Origin: a bacterium
GTDB taxonomy: Bacteria > Zhuqueibacterota > Zhuqueibacteria > Residuimicrobiales > Krinioviventaceae
NCBI GenBank assembly: GCA_963675755.2
Contig: CAXXMD010000003.1
Span: forward strand, 3,200,001-3,264,000
Length of the DNA: 64,000 nt
Direction of reading: 5' to 3'
This document shows, in pieces, positions 17,560 through 27,841 of this stretch; position 1 is the first letter of the stretch; the number at the start of each line of letters is the position of its first letter. The notes beneath the pieces were generated by a model, which was not told where the DNA came from, did not search any database, and saw only the letters and a list, made by a program, of their open reading frames with translations. The position numbers were made by a program, and so were the translations under genes.

Positions 17560-18980
17560 TGATTATGAAAATTTTTAAATACATCCCGTTATTACTGATT
17601 GTTGCGTCTATTTCCTGTACCAAGGTGTTTGACGCGCCAACTGAGTTCTCCCTGTTTGGCAATGTAACCCTTGAGGATGAAACCGATTACAGCGGCATTA
17701 CCGTTGAGGTTTACAGCATGACGAAAATGGATACCGCGGTAACCAATCTTCAGGCACGGTTTCCCAGTGTGGGATTTCCCATTACCCAGGCAGCTATTTT
17801 TGATCACCGAGAGAAAACGCCTTTATACACCACAACAACGGATGAAAATGGTGACTGGTCAATCAATAAAATTGAAGAAGGCGAATACAATATTGTTGCT
17901 CGAAAGGCGGGGTATGGATGGAAGTATGTATACAATGTAACCGCCGCCACCGAAATGCCTGAAATAGAGCTCAAACCCGAGATTCGTATTGAAGGCACGC
18001 TTGACGCCTATACCGTCTGGGGCCCGGATCAGCATTATGTAGTAACCGGAGATATCACCGTACCCGAAAATGGTCAGTTGATTGTGGATAAGGGGACGGT
18101 AGTGCGTTTTGATGGGCAGTATGGGCTCACCAATTATGGTACTTTGAAAGCCACCGGAGAAGCGGATGCGTTTGTCTGGTTTACACATAATACGCCGGGG
18201 GAGGATGTGTATTGGAGGGGGGTTCTGACAAGTGATGAAAATGCTTCCTTAAGTATTATTTGGGCACATATAGACTATGCTGAAAATGGTATTGTTTTTC
18301 GAAATCAGAATAATAGTAGTACTATTCAAAATATAATAATTCATATGTGCAAACAAAGTGGTATTTTTCTTGCTAACGAAGGTCTTGGAAAAGTTAGTAA
18401 AAGTATAATTTGGGATTGTAGTCTAAATATAAAATTAGAAAGTAAATCTAATTTCGAATCAATATACAATCTAATTGCATGCAATGAAAAGGATCATTGT
18501 GATGGCATCTATTGCTCTGATTCAGAATTTATTTTAAGGGATAATTGTTTATACAATCTTAAAATTGGTGTTCAATTACTTTTTGAAAGTGATATAACAA
18601 TAGAATATAATTTTTTTAATAATTGTGAAATACCCTTAAAATTGGGTGGTTCTTATAGTAAACCTAAGTGTGTTGTTGAGAATAATACTTTTGTAGAAAC
18701 TATTTATAAAGTGATAGAACTACAAGGCGAGATAGACTACAGGATTTTATTCAACAATATATTTAAAAGTAAAGATGACTTGTTTATAACTGGTACTATT
18801 CCAACTGATGAAATGATCTATATTAGTAATAATTTTTGGGGAGTAACTAGTGTTGATGCAATTTTAAATATGATGAGTTTAAGTGATGCAGCGAATGGTA
18901 CATTACCAAAACAAAAATATAATATCGAACCAATATTGACTTCTGAAATTAAAAATTCTTACCCACGATATGATAATTAG
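17556..18980 (+). CDS. Lipoprotein with N-terminal beta-sandwich (carboxypeptidase-regulatory-like) and C-terminal right-handed beta-helix
   Basis: Lipobox-like IVASISC; TTTDENGDWSI...GEYNIVARKAGY; Asn/Ile/Cys-ladder repeats; NNFWG near the end. Confidence 0.65.
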   Translation: MMIMKIFKYIPLLLIVASISCTKVFDAPTEFSLFGNVTLEDETDYSGITVEVYSMTKMDTAVTNLQARFPSVGFPITQAAIFDHREKTPLYTTTTDENGDWSINKIEEGEYNIVARKAGYGWKYVYNVTAATEMPEIELKPEIRIEGTLDAYTVWGPDQHYVVTGDITVPENGQLIVDKGTVVRFDGQYGLTNYGTLKATGEADAFVWFTHNTPGEDVYWRGVLTSDENASLSIIWAHIDYAENGIVFRNQNNSSTIQNIIIHMCKQSGIFLANEGLGKVSKSIIWDCSLNIKLESKSNFESIYNLIACNEKDHCDGIYCSDSEFILRDNCLYNLKIGVQLLFESDITIEYNFFNNCEIPLKLGGSYSKPKCVVENNTFVETIYKVIELQGEIDYRILFNNIFKSKDDLFITGTIPTDEMIYISNNFWGVTSVDAILNMMSLSDAANGTLPKQKYNIEPILTSEIKNSYPRYDN

Positions 18981-20217
18981 TAAAAGAATTAAAAATAATA
19001 TTATTGTTACAAATTCGCTCTACACTTTTTTAACTCAAGCTGCTAATTATATATTACCTGTTTTAGTTATACCTTATATTACACGTGTGTTGGGAAGTGA
19101 GAATTTTGGTAAAGTCGCATACACACAATCTCTATGTTTAATTTTATCATTAATTACGGATTATGGATTTACCCTATCCGCAACTCGAGATATTGCTCAA
19201 AATAAGAATAATATATCTTTAGTTAATAATATTGTAAATAATGTTATCAATGTTAAGATATATTTGATTTTTTTCTCATATGTTTTATTATTTTTGTTAT
19301 TTAATTTTACTTCTTTATTTAAAATATCATCTCCATATTATTATGTTTCGTTTTTATTGGTTTTATCTTATAGCGCAAATACAACTTGGTTTTTTTTAGG
19401 TATTGAGAAATTAAGATTCCCTACATTTATTGTAATATTATTTAAATTGTTTTTTGTAGTTTTGGTTTTTATTTTGGTTAAACAAAAAAATGATGGAGCA
19501 GTATATCTATTATTATTTGCTATTACAAATTTAATTGGGAATTTAATTAATAATATTTATATATATAAGAATTTAAAATTTAGATTTATAAAGTTAATTG
19601 ATTGTTGTATTATACTAAAAGAGTCGTTTAGTTTGTTTTTCTTTAAAGTTGCAGTTAGTTTATATACTAGTGCAAATAATTTTATTTTAGGTTCAATATT
19701 AGAACCATCACTTGTTGGAGTTTATGCTGGTGCAGAAAAATTAGTAAAAGCTATTGTTGGTTTGTGGATGCCATTGAGTAATGTGATTTACCCTCGGATT
19801 AATTATCTCTTAGCCAATAAACCCAAAGAAGCTCAAAAATTAATATTTAAAACTTTGATAATATATTTTTTTTCAAGTTTATTAATTACTATTTTGTTTG
19901 TTATTTTTGCTGATTTTTTTGTGAAATTATTTTTGGGTGAAAATTTTATTGATTCAATTCAAATCATGCAAGTTTTAGCTCCAATAATTGTATTAATAGC
20001 ATTAAGTAATGTAACTGGTATACTTTGGTTATTACCACGAAAAAAAGATAAGGAATTCAATACGATAATAGTTATTGCGGGGATCTTAAATATTTTGTTT
20101 GCTTTAATTTTAGTTAAATTATATGGTCCTCTAGGTATGGCATATTCAGTATTAATTGCAGAATCATTTGTTACATTATCAACAATTATTTTGTTTGCTA
20201 AAAGCTGGAGGTTGTAA
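18970..20217 (+). CDS. wzx: Oligosaccharide flippase
   Basis: PYITRVLGSENFG, TDYGFTLSATRDIA; about 12 TM segments. Confidence 0.9.
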   Translation: MIISKRIKNNIIVTNSLYTFLTQAANYILPVLVIPYITRVLGSENFGKVAYTQSLCLILSLITDYGFTLSATRDIAQNKNNISLVNNIVNNVINVKIYLIFFSYVLLFLLFNFTSLFKISSPYYYVSFLLVLSYSANTTWFFLGIEKLRFPTFIVILFKLFFVVLVFILVKQKNDGAVYLLLFAITNLIGNLINNIYIYKNLKFRFIKLIDCCIILKESFSLFFFKVAVSLYTSANNFILGSILEPSLVGVYAGAEKLVKAIVGLWMPLSNVIYPRINYLLANKPKEAQKLIFKTLIIYFFSSLLITILFVIFADFFVKLFLGENFIDSIQIMQVLAPIIVLIALSNVTGILWLLPRKKDKEFNTIIVIAGILNILFALILVKLYGPLGMAYSVLIAESFVTLSTIILFAKSWRL

Positions 20218-21342
20218 ATGTTTGATTTTTTAATAGTTGGTGCGGGTTTCTCTGGTTGTGTTTTGGCAGAAAGAATTGCAACTAAGATGGATAAAAAAGT
20301 ACTTTTGATTGATAAATCAAATCATGTTGGTGGTCATTGCTATGATTATTTTGATCAAAATGGTATTTTAGTTCATAAATTTGGACCACATATTTTTCAT
20401 ACAAAAATGGAACATGTTTTTAGTTATTTATCTCAATTTACTGATTGGATACCATATTTTCATACAGTTTTAGGCGTTATAGAAGGAAAAACTGTTCCTA
20501 TTCCATTTAATTTGAATTCAATGGGAAAATTATTTCCCAAATTAGTTTCAAATAATTTAACCGATTTATTAGTGAAAAACTATGGAATGAATGTGAAAAT
20601 ACCTGTTTTGGAATTGAAAAAATCAACAAACAAAGAGTTGAAAGTATTAGCAGATTACGTTTATGAAAAAGTTTTTGAGGGATATACTTATAAGCAATGG
20701 GGGTTGAAACCTGAAGAATTAAGTCCTTCTGTAACTTCAAGAATACCAATATATATTAGTAAAGACGATAGATATTTCCAAGATAAATATCAATGTTTGC
20801 CAAAGGATGGTTATACAAATTTATTTAATAATTTAATCAGTCACAAAAATATTAAATTGTTATTAAATACTGATTATAATGAAATTAGTTCATTAGGTAT
20901 TAAATTTGATAAATTAATTTACACAGGACCTATTGATGAATTTTATGATTATCAGTATGGTGAATTGCCTTATAGAAGTCTAAATTTTAAATTTCAATTT
21001 TTAGATCAAAAAAAATTCCAAGATGTTGCCCAAATTAACTACCCCAATAATTATGCGTTTACAAGAATAACTGAATTTAAACATATGACAAAACAACGAT
21101 GTAAGGGCACTACAATAGTTTATGAATATCCTGTAGCTTATAATAAATCAACTAATTTACCTTATTATCCTGTACCTACTAACCTAAATAAAGAGTTATT
21201 TGAAAAATATAATTTAAAGGCTAAAAAAAGTGAAAATATTCTTTTTTTAGGGAGGTTAGCTGATTATAAATATTATAATATGGATCAAACTGTTGATAGA
21301 GCTCTAAACGTTTTTGAAAATATTTTAAGTTTGAATAGGTGA
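20218..21342 (+). CDS. glf: UDP-galactopyranose mutase
   Basis: IVGAGFSG, HKFGPHIFHT, YTYKQWG, TRITEFKH, GRLADYKYYNMDQ. Confidence 0.96.
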   Translation: MFDFLIVGAGFSGCVLAERIATKMDKKVLLIDKSNHVGGHCYDYFDQNGILVHKFGPHIFHTKMEHVFSYLSQFTDWIPYFHTVLGVIEGKTVPIPFNLNSMGKLFPKLVSNNLTDLLVKNYGMNVKIPVLELKKSTNKELKVLADYVYEKVFEGYTYKQWGLKPEELSPSVTSRIPIYISKDDRYFQDKYQCLPKDGYTNLFNNLISHKNIKLLLNTDYNEISSLGIKFDKLIYTGPIDEFYDYQYGELPYRSLNFKFQFLDQKKFQDVAQINYPNNYAFTRITEFKHMTKQRCKGTTIVYEYPVAYNKSTNLPYYPVPTNLNKELFEKYNLKAKKSENILFLGRLADYKYYNMDQTVDRALNVFENILSLNR

Positions 21343-22385
21343 TATTTATGAATCAATATGTTTTACCATTACTTGAAAAAGAACCATTTGTTAGTGTAAT
21401 AATTGCAAATTATAATTATGAAGTTTATATAAAAGAAGCTATTCAAAGTGTGCTTGATCAGACTTATTCCAATTTTGAAATTGTTATTTGTGATGATGGT
21501 TCAACTGACGAATCAATTAAAAGTATCAAATCTTTTAGTGATAAGCGAATAAAATTGATTGTGCAAGAAAATGGTGGTATGGCATCAGCTTTAAACTCCG
21601 CATATAAAAATTCACATGGTTCTATTTTGTGTTTCTTGGATGCAGATGATTATTTTGGAAAGACTAAAATAGAAACTGTGGTTGAGAATTTTAAAAAATC
21701 AGGACAAACTGGTTTTGTTGTGCATCGAGTTATGAGAGTAAATGAATATGGTGAAGAACAAGGCATTTTGCCATTATTTTCAAAATTACCAAATGGTTAT
21801 TTAGCGAAGGAACTTCTAAGAAATGGAGGGATTATAAAAGAGTTGCCTCCTTGCAGTGGTCTTTCTTTACGAAGAGAAATAGCTGAATTATTATTTCCTT
21901 TAAATGAATCGTTTAAAACAAGTGCTGATGCTATAATTCAAAGAATTGCACCATTGATTACACCTATTTATTATATAAAACAATACTTGTCTTATTATAG
22001 ACTACATAATAATAATATAACATATAAGGGAAGTTTTAGTATTGATAAACATATAAAAGAAGGAAATATTTGGGAACAGCTTTGGAATGAACAAAATAAT
22101 TTTTTGAAAAAAAATAAATATGAGTTTAGATTTAATTCTTTAAAAAATAATTATAGTTATTGCATTCGTAACTACGTTCAATATAAAATTACTGGTGAAA
22201 AAGATAAAGAATTATATTATTTTAATTTAATGTTGAATAATAGTGAACATAAAAAGGAACCATTAATACGAAGATTTTACTGGTTAACAACACGAATTAT
22301 GTGGAAGAAATTGTTTGTAGTTACTTATAATTTTTATACAAAACAAAGTCAATTAAAAAGAATTTTAAGTAAATTAAATACATGA
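21339..22385 (+). CDS. Glycosyltransferase family 2
   Basis: VSVIIANYNY, DDGSTD, FLDADD. Confidence 0.9.
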   Translation: MIFMNQYVLPLLEKEPFVSVIIANYNYEVYIKEAIQSVLDQTYSNFEIVICDDGSTDESIKSIKSFSDKRIKLIVQENGGMASALNSAYKNSHGSILCFLDADDYFGKTKIETVVENFKKSGQTGFVVHRVMRVNEYGEEQGILPLFSKLPNGYLAKELLRNGGIIKELPPCSGLSLRREIAELLFPLNESFKTSADAIIQRIAPLITPIYYIKQYLSYYRLHNNNITYKGSFSIDKHIKEGNIWEQLWNEQNNFLKKNKYEFRFNSLKNNYSYCIRNYVQYKITGEKDKELYYFNLMLNNSEHKKEPLIRRFYWLTTRIMWKKLFVVTYNFYTKQSQLKRILSKLNT

Positions 22386-23518
22386 ATGAAATAAAAAAAA
22401 TTGCGATATTTCATTATACACTTATGAAAAATAATCCTTCAGGATTATGTATGATGAATTTAGTTAATTCAATTTCAACAAAATACCAAATATATATTTT
22501 TTCAAATATTTGTGATATTTCTGGAGAAAATATTGTACATGTTAGAATTCCACTACTTCGAAGACCAGTGTTTGTTATGTTTATTTTATTTCATCTTATT
22601 GCACCAATTTATTATTTTTTGTATACATTTTTTTATAATATTAATTTTAGTTTAAGAATTATTTCGGAAAATAATTTGTTTTTAGGTGATGTAAGTTATG
22701 TTCACTTTTGTCATAAAGAATTTTTAGAAAAACATTGGTCTGAAATTGAGCATTTTGGAGTTCGGAAATATTCGAATTACTTAAATCATAAAATACGAGC
22801 TTTTTTTGAACCATTTATTTATAGAAAGCTTGAAAATATAATTGTTCCATCAGAAGGTTTAAAAAGAGAACTTGTAAAACATTATCCGTTTACATTTAAC
22901 AAAATCAAAGTTATATCTAACCCTGTTGATATACATTACTTTAAACCAATAAAAAATGAGCTGTTAAATACACAATCAAATGAAGATTTGTGTACAGGTG
23001 TTTTTGTTGCATTAGGTAACTTTGAAAGAAAAGGATTGCCTTTATTATTAAATGCATTCCGTTTGATATCAGATAAAAAAATAGTTTTATTGGTAATTGG
23101 AGGTAAAAAAGATTTAATTAATCTTTATAAAAAAAAATACAGAGATTTACAAGATCGAGTTAGTTTTTTAGGTTTTCAAAGTGATATTAGAAAGTATTTG
23201 TGGGTATCTGATTTTTTTATTTTCCCAACAAGTTATGAGGTATTTCCACTCGTTGCACTAGAAGCAGCAGCTTCGGGTTTACCTCTTATTACAACTAGAG
23301 TTAATGGGATTGAAGAATTTGTTATCAATAATGAAAATGGTTTGTTTATTGAAAGAGATGCTGAGGATATTAAGGAAAAACTACTTAAATATTACAATAT
23401 GCCCAGAAGAAAAAAAGAAGAATTACGAATTAATGTATTAGATACAATAAAACGTTATGATATTATTAATTATAATAATAAAATTGAAAAATTTATTGCT
23501 GGTTTACTAAATGATTGA
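22382..23518 (+). CDS. Glycosyltransferase family 4
   Basis: RKG motif; YEVFPLVALEAAASGLP (ExxxxxxxE). Confidence 0.9.
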   Translation: MNEIKKIAIFHYTLMKNNPSGLCMMNLVNSISTKYQIYIFSNICDISGENIVHVRIPLLRRPVFVMFILFHLIAPIYYFLYTFFYNINFSLRIISENNLFLGDVSYVHFCHKEFLEKHWSEIEHFGVRKYSNYLNHKIRAFFEPFIYRKLENIIVPSEGLKRELVKHYPFTFNKIKVISNPVDIHYFKPIKNELLNTQSNEDLCTGVFVALGNFERKGLPLLLNAFRLISDKKIVLLVIGGKKDLINLYKKKYRDLQDRVSFLGFQSDIRKYLWVSDFFIFPTSYEVFPLVALEAAASGLPLITTRVNGIEEFVINNENGLFIERDAEDIKEKLLKYYNMPRRKKEELRINVLDTIKRYDIINYNNKIEKFIAGLLND

Positions 23519-24782
23519 TATAATAATAATTTCTACAATATTAATAATACTTCTACCTTTGAAATATAGTATTTATATTTGGATTTTGTTAACCAATTTC
23601 GATATTGCAGGTAGTACTTGGGAATCAGGCTCGTCTACAAATCTAATTAACTCAATAAGAATTTTGTTGCCTCCATTATTGATTTTTTTTAAAATTAGAA
23701 ATAAAAAAGCAATATTATACAATAATTTATATGAACATTTTAAAAAATATGAGAAAATTCTTGTTTTGATTTTTGTTTTGGTAATTTTTTCCTTTTTTTA
23801 TAAAGATAGTCATTTGTTATCTGGAATGAAATTCTTTGGTTACATTACTGTATTTCTTTTCCAATTTATTTTATTTGCCAGTTTTTGGTACTATAGAGTT
23901 ATTAATTTGAAAGGTATATTGGTTGTATTTTTTATTACAATCCTTATTGCAATAACGCAAACATTCTTTTTTAATCAAGGTTTTGGTGGTTATTCCGCTT
24001 TAAGATTTACTACATTTACTAGTCCTCAATCCTATGGTCAATTTCTCGTCGGTATTTTTTGTTTATTGTTGTTTTATGAAAAAATTTCACCAATTACACG
24101 AACAATATTATTGTCAATAGTACTCACAACTATTATTTTAACTGGAAGCAGATCTGCGCTGATTGGAATTATTGCTGCATATTTCATTTATATTATTATT
24201 CTTACTAGATTGAATTTTATTAAAATATTTTTATCATCAATATTAATTTTTGTTTTTACAATGTTTTCTTCAAATTATTTATTTAAATATGTAAGTAATC
24301 GTTTTCTTGAATTGTTTTTTGTAATTTCTTCTTATGATATTCAGAACGTATCTACATTTGCTTTTAGGCTAAGCTTATGGGATGTGATACTTGGTAATAT
24401 TCAGAAGAGTAGTTGGTTTGAGTTACTATTGGGACATGGTATTTCAAGTGGTTCTAAATTAGTACTACAAAATTTTTATAATTATACAACTAGCAATATT
24501 GATGGTAATCGGTTATTTCATAATGAATTCTTAAGAATAGTATATGAATTCGGTTTCAGTGGTTTATTGTTATTTTTAATTTTACTATTTTATTATATAT
24601 ATAATATATTAAAAAGTGAGAAAAATAGTTTCGGTTATTCAATTATAGCATTTTTGCCCTTCTTATTTTTAACTTTATTTGTTGAAAACATTTTGGCATC
24701 AAGTGGAAGCCCCGGGGGAATTATGATTGCTATGATTTTTACAAGTTTTTTCCATTTTAAAAACAATGAAGAATATTTATGA
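23511..24782 (+). CDS. wzy: O-antigen polymerase/ligase family membrane protein
   Basis: Multi-TM; LTGSRSA, LLGHG and HNEFLRIVYEFG (Wzy_C) motifs. Confidence 0.75.
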   Translation: MIDIIIISTILIILLPLKYSIYIWILLTNFDIAGSTWESGSSTNLINSIRILLPPLLIFFKIRNKKAILYNNLYEHFKKYEKILVLIFVLVIFSFFYKDSHLLSGMKFFGYITVFLFQFILFASFWYYRVINLKGILVVFFITILIAITQTFFFNQGFGGYSALRFTTFTSPQSYGQFLVGIFCLLLFYEKISPITRTILLSIVLTTIILTGSRSALIGIIAAYFIYIIILTRLNFIKIFLSSILIFVFTMFSSNYLFKYVSNRFLELFFVISSYDIQNVSTFAFRLSLWDVILGNIQKSSWFELLLGHGISSGSKLVLQNFYNYTTSNIDGNRLFHNEFLRIVYEFGFSGLLLFLILLFYYIYNILKSEKNSFGYSIIAFLPFLFLTLFVENILASSGSPGGIMIAMIFTSFFHFKNNEEYL

Positions 24783-25894
24783 AAAAAATAATGATTATTG
24801 GTCATTATGGTGGCGATAATGCTGGAGATGAATTGATGTTATATTCTATTATAGCTTCGTTGCTCCGTTTGTATCCCAACAGTCAATTATATATTATTGC
24901 AAAAAAAAAAATATCGCTTTATCATAAATTTAATAAATTAGAATTTTTTAAACCAAATTTAATAAAGATTATTCCTTTATTGTTTGAAAGCAATATGTTA
25001 ATTTTAGGTGGTGGAACTCATTTCCATGATGATTATAACAATAAAAGGTTAATTCGCCATTATTTCTATATGTTGAAAATATTATTGATATCATTTTCTT
25101 TTAAGATACAAAAGAAGAAAGTTTACTATTTAAGTGTTGGTGTAGGTCCAGTAAATAAACATTTGACTCGTTGGATTATAAATGTTGCAAATTTACTTTC
25201 TGATATGATTATTGTCCGAGATACTAGATCTTTCAAATATCTTCAATCTTTAAAATTGAAACAAGAAAATTTATTTTTCAATTTTGATATTTCTGTTTTA
25301 TCAATTATTTCAATTTTAAATCAAATAGAGGTTGAAAAGGATGATAAAGTATATGGTATTTCTCTAACTTCATTTGAATTTTCTGACCAAAAAATTGATG
25401 ATTCATATTGGTATGACTTTTTTTTCCCAATAATATTAAAATATTATCAAAATAATAATTGTAAATTTAAATTGTTTGCATTTCGTAGTGGTGTAAGAGA
25501 ATCTGATATCCCATTATGTAATGAATTATATAAAATGTTAAAAGAGTTTGATCCTGTACGTGTTGAATTGTTTATTTTTGAAAATAATATTGAGACTTTA
25601 CTAAAAGAAATTTATTTTTGTAAAAAATTCATTGCTTGTAGATATCATTCAGCAATTACTGCGTTTTGTGCAAAATGTGAATTGTTTATCATCCCTTATC
25701 ATCAGAAGTTGATTGATTTTGCATCTGATATTTCATTATTAGACCAATTTATACTTTCCCCTATAAATGATGAATGTAATAATGAAAAAAAAATATATGA
25801 TTTTTTCGATTCAAAAACTTATTTTGATTCACAAGAGTTAGTTAATAAAATATATATTGATACACAAAATATACTTAAATATTTTGAAGCTTAG
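24779..25894 (+). CDS. Polysaccharide pyruvyl transferase (CsaB/WcaK family)
   Basis: GHYGGDNAGDE, GGGTHFHD, GVGP, VRD, RYHSAI. Confidence 0.88.
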   Translation: MKKIMIIGHYGGDNAGDELMLYSIIASLLRLYPNSQLYIIAKKKISLYHKFNKLEFFKPNLIKIIPLLFESNMLILGGGTHFHDDYNNKRLIRHYFYMLKILLISFSFKIQKKKVYYLSVGVGPVNKHLTRWIINVANLLSDMIIVRDTRSFKYLQSLKLKQENLFFNFDISVLSIISILNQIEVEKDDKVYGISLTSFEFSDQKIDDSYWYDFFFPIILKYYQNNNCKFKLFAFRSGVRESDIPLCNELYKMLKEFDPVRVELFIFENNIETLLKEIYFCKKFIACRYHSAITAFCAKCELFIIPYHQKLIDFASDISLLDQFILSPINDECNNEKKIYDFFDSKTYFDSQELVNKIYIDTQNILKYFEA

Positions 25895-25913
25895 TTAAAC
25901 TTAAATTTATTTT

Positions 25914-27086
25914 ATGAAAAAAATTGCTGTAATAATACAAACTCCGACTTATGGTGGCCCTCATAATCAAGTTTTTAGATTGTATGAACCATTGAAGCAG
26001 AATGGGTGGGAAACAATATTGATTATGACGAATGAAGCTGGTAGAGGTATTGACAAATTTGATGATTTAGGCATTTCTATATATCAATTATCTCTACATA
26101 GGTTACGGAAGAAGTTAAACCCAATTTATCATATTAAATATATGTATCATTTTATTGCTGAAGTGAAAAATATTAAGAATATTTTGTTGGATAATAAAAT
26201 TGATATAGTACAAATTTGTGGTTTAATGAATTTTCAAGCTGCTTTTGCTGCACATAGCTTAAACATTCCTATTGTTTGGCAATTATTAAGTAATTTTGCA
26301 CCAAAACCGCTTCGAATTATTTTCACACCGATAGTTCAATTTTTTGCAAATTCTGTTATGACAACTGGGCATGAAATAGCTCGGCAACATCCTGGAATCT
26401 TATCAAAGAGCGAAAAACTGTTTGAATTTTTTCCACCTGTTGATACTATAGAATTTACAAATTCAGTGCAAAAAAAGATTTATGCTCGGAAATTGTTAGG
26501 TATTGAGGAAAACTCTTTTGTAATTGGCACGTTAGGTAATCAATGTAACCAAAAAGGTCATGACTATTTCATTCAGATTGCTAGAAAATTAAAAAAGATC
26601 AATACTGATTTTAAGTTTGTAATATTGGGAACTCGTGTTATAACAGAAGTGAAACATTATAATAGATCAGTAATTCAGATTGCTCAAAAATATAAATTAT
26701 TTGAAAAAAATTATTTAAAGATTATTGAACCAACAAATAGAGTTTCTGATTTGATTGCTGCGTTTGATGTTTTCGTACTAACTTCTAGGGCAGAAGGTGT
26801 TCCTACTGCTTTATTAGAAGCTATGTCAATGGGTCTTATTGTAGTTGCTAATGATGTAGGTGCAATTAGTGAAATTATTAGTAATAATGAAAATGGTTTT
26901 TTGATTTCAAAAATTGATATTTCAGAATATGCTCAAATTATCCAAAATATATATGAAAATAGTAATAAATTTATGAGAGATAATGCAGTTTTGACTGCTC
27001 AAAAAAAATTTAGTATTGAAGCATGTGTGAAAACACATATTCAAGCATATAATTATGCAATATCAAATAATCATGAAAAAAGTTAA
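25914..27086 (+). CDS. Glycosyltransferase family 4
   Basis: GG near the N-terminus, QKGH, SRAEGVPTALLEAMSMG. Confidence 0.9.
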   Translation: MKKIAVIIQTPTYGGPHNQVFRLYEPLKQNGWETILIMTNEAGRGIDKFDDLGISIYQLSLHRLRKKLNPIYHIKYMYHFIAEVKNIKNILLDNKIDIVQICGLMNFQAAFAAHSLNIPIVWQLLSNFAPKPLRIIFTPIVQFFANSVMTTGHEIARQHPGILSKSEKLFEFFPPVDTIEFTNSVQKKIYARKLLGIEENSFVIGTLGNQCNQKGHDYFIQIARKLKKINTDFKFVILGTRVITEVKHYNRSVIQIAQKYKLFEKNYLKIIEPTNRVSDLIAAFDVFVLTSRAEGVPTALLEAMSMGLIVVANDVGAISEIISNNENGFLISKIDISEYAQIIQNIYENSNKFMRDNAVLTAQKKFSIEACVKTHIQAYNYAISNNHEKS

Positions 27087-27828
27087 AGTATTAAATATTC
27101 TAGTTAACCCCCTGAATCTCAAATCAGGCGTAAATTCCATCCGCACCCGGATTGCTGAGCAGGGCAAAGGCTATGTGACAGTGACCGGAGTGCATGGCGT
27201 AATGGAGTCGCTGAGGCGTCCTGAGGTGCGTGACGCGCACCGGGCAGCCTGGCTGACTGTTCCTGACGGTATGCCGCTGGTGTATATTGGCAGAATGTTC
27301 GGCCATAAAGAAATAGACCGCTGTTATGGTCCGGATCTGATGCTGGCGGTTATGGAAGACTCGGTGAAACACGGCTATACCCATTATTTCTACGGCGGAC
27401 AAGAAGGCCGCGCCCAGGAGCTAAAGCAGGCAATGGAGCAGAGGTTCCCCGGTGTCAAGATCGTCGGTACCTATACACCACCGTTTCGTCCCCTGAACGA
27501 GCAGGAAAAGCAAGAGCTGATTGACCAGGTTAGACAGCTCAAACCCCATATTGTTTGGGTAGGACTGTCCACACCCAAGCAAGAGCTGTTTATGCACGAG
27601 TATATGCCCCTGTTGGATACCAACGTTATGATTGGTGTGGGTGCTGCGTTCGACTTTCATACCGGTCATATCAAAAGCGCTCCCCACTGGATGCAGCGTT
27701 CGGCGTTAGAGTGGGCGTATCGGGTATATCAGGAACCACGCCGCCTATGGAAGCGGTATTTCGTGAATAATCCATTATTTATTTGGAATTTTACGTTACA
27801 ATTGCTTAAATTACGAAAATACGATTGA
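27055..27828 (+). CDS. WecB/TagA/CpsF (GT26) glycosyltransferase; likely start ATG 27073
   Basis: PDGMPLV, GPDLM, VGLSTPKQE, GVGAAFDF, LEWAYRVYQEPRRLWKRY. Confidence 0.93.
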   Translation: MQYQIIMKKVKVLNILVNPLNLKSGVNSIRTRIAEQGKGYVTVTGVHGVMESLRRPEVRDAHRAAWLTVPDGMPLVYIGRMFGHKEIDRCYGPDLMLAVMEDSVKHGYTHYFYGGQEGRAQELKQAMEQRFPGVKIVGTYTPPFRPLNEQEKQELIDQVRQLKPHIVWVGLSTPKQELFMHEYMPLLDTNVMIGVGAAFDFHTGHIKSAPHWMQRSALEWAYRVYQEPRRLWKRYFVNNPLFIWNFTLQLLKLRKYD

Positions 27829-27841
27829 AAGGGGCTGAATA

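Noticed and set aside
18970-27086. Homopolymer A/T tracts (for example A-run at about 24901-24911) as phase-variation switches
   Set aside because: All frames are intact, and such runs are expected at this very low GC.
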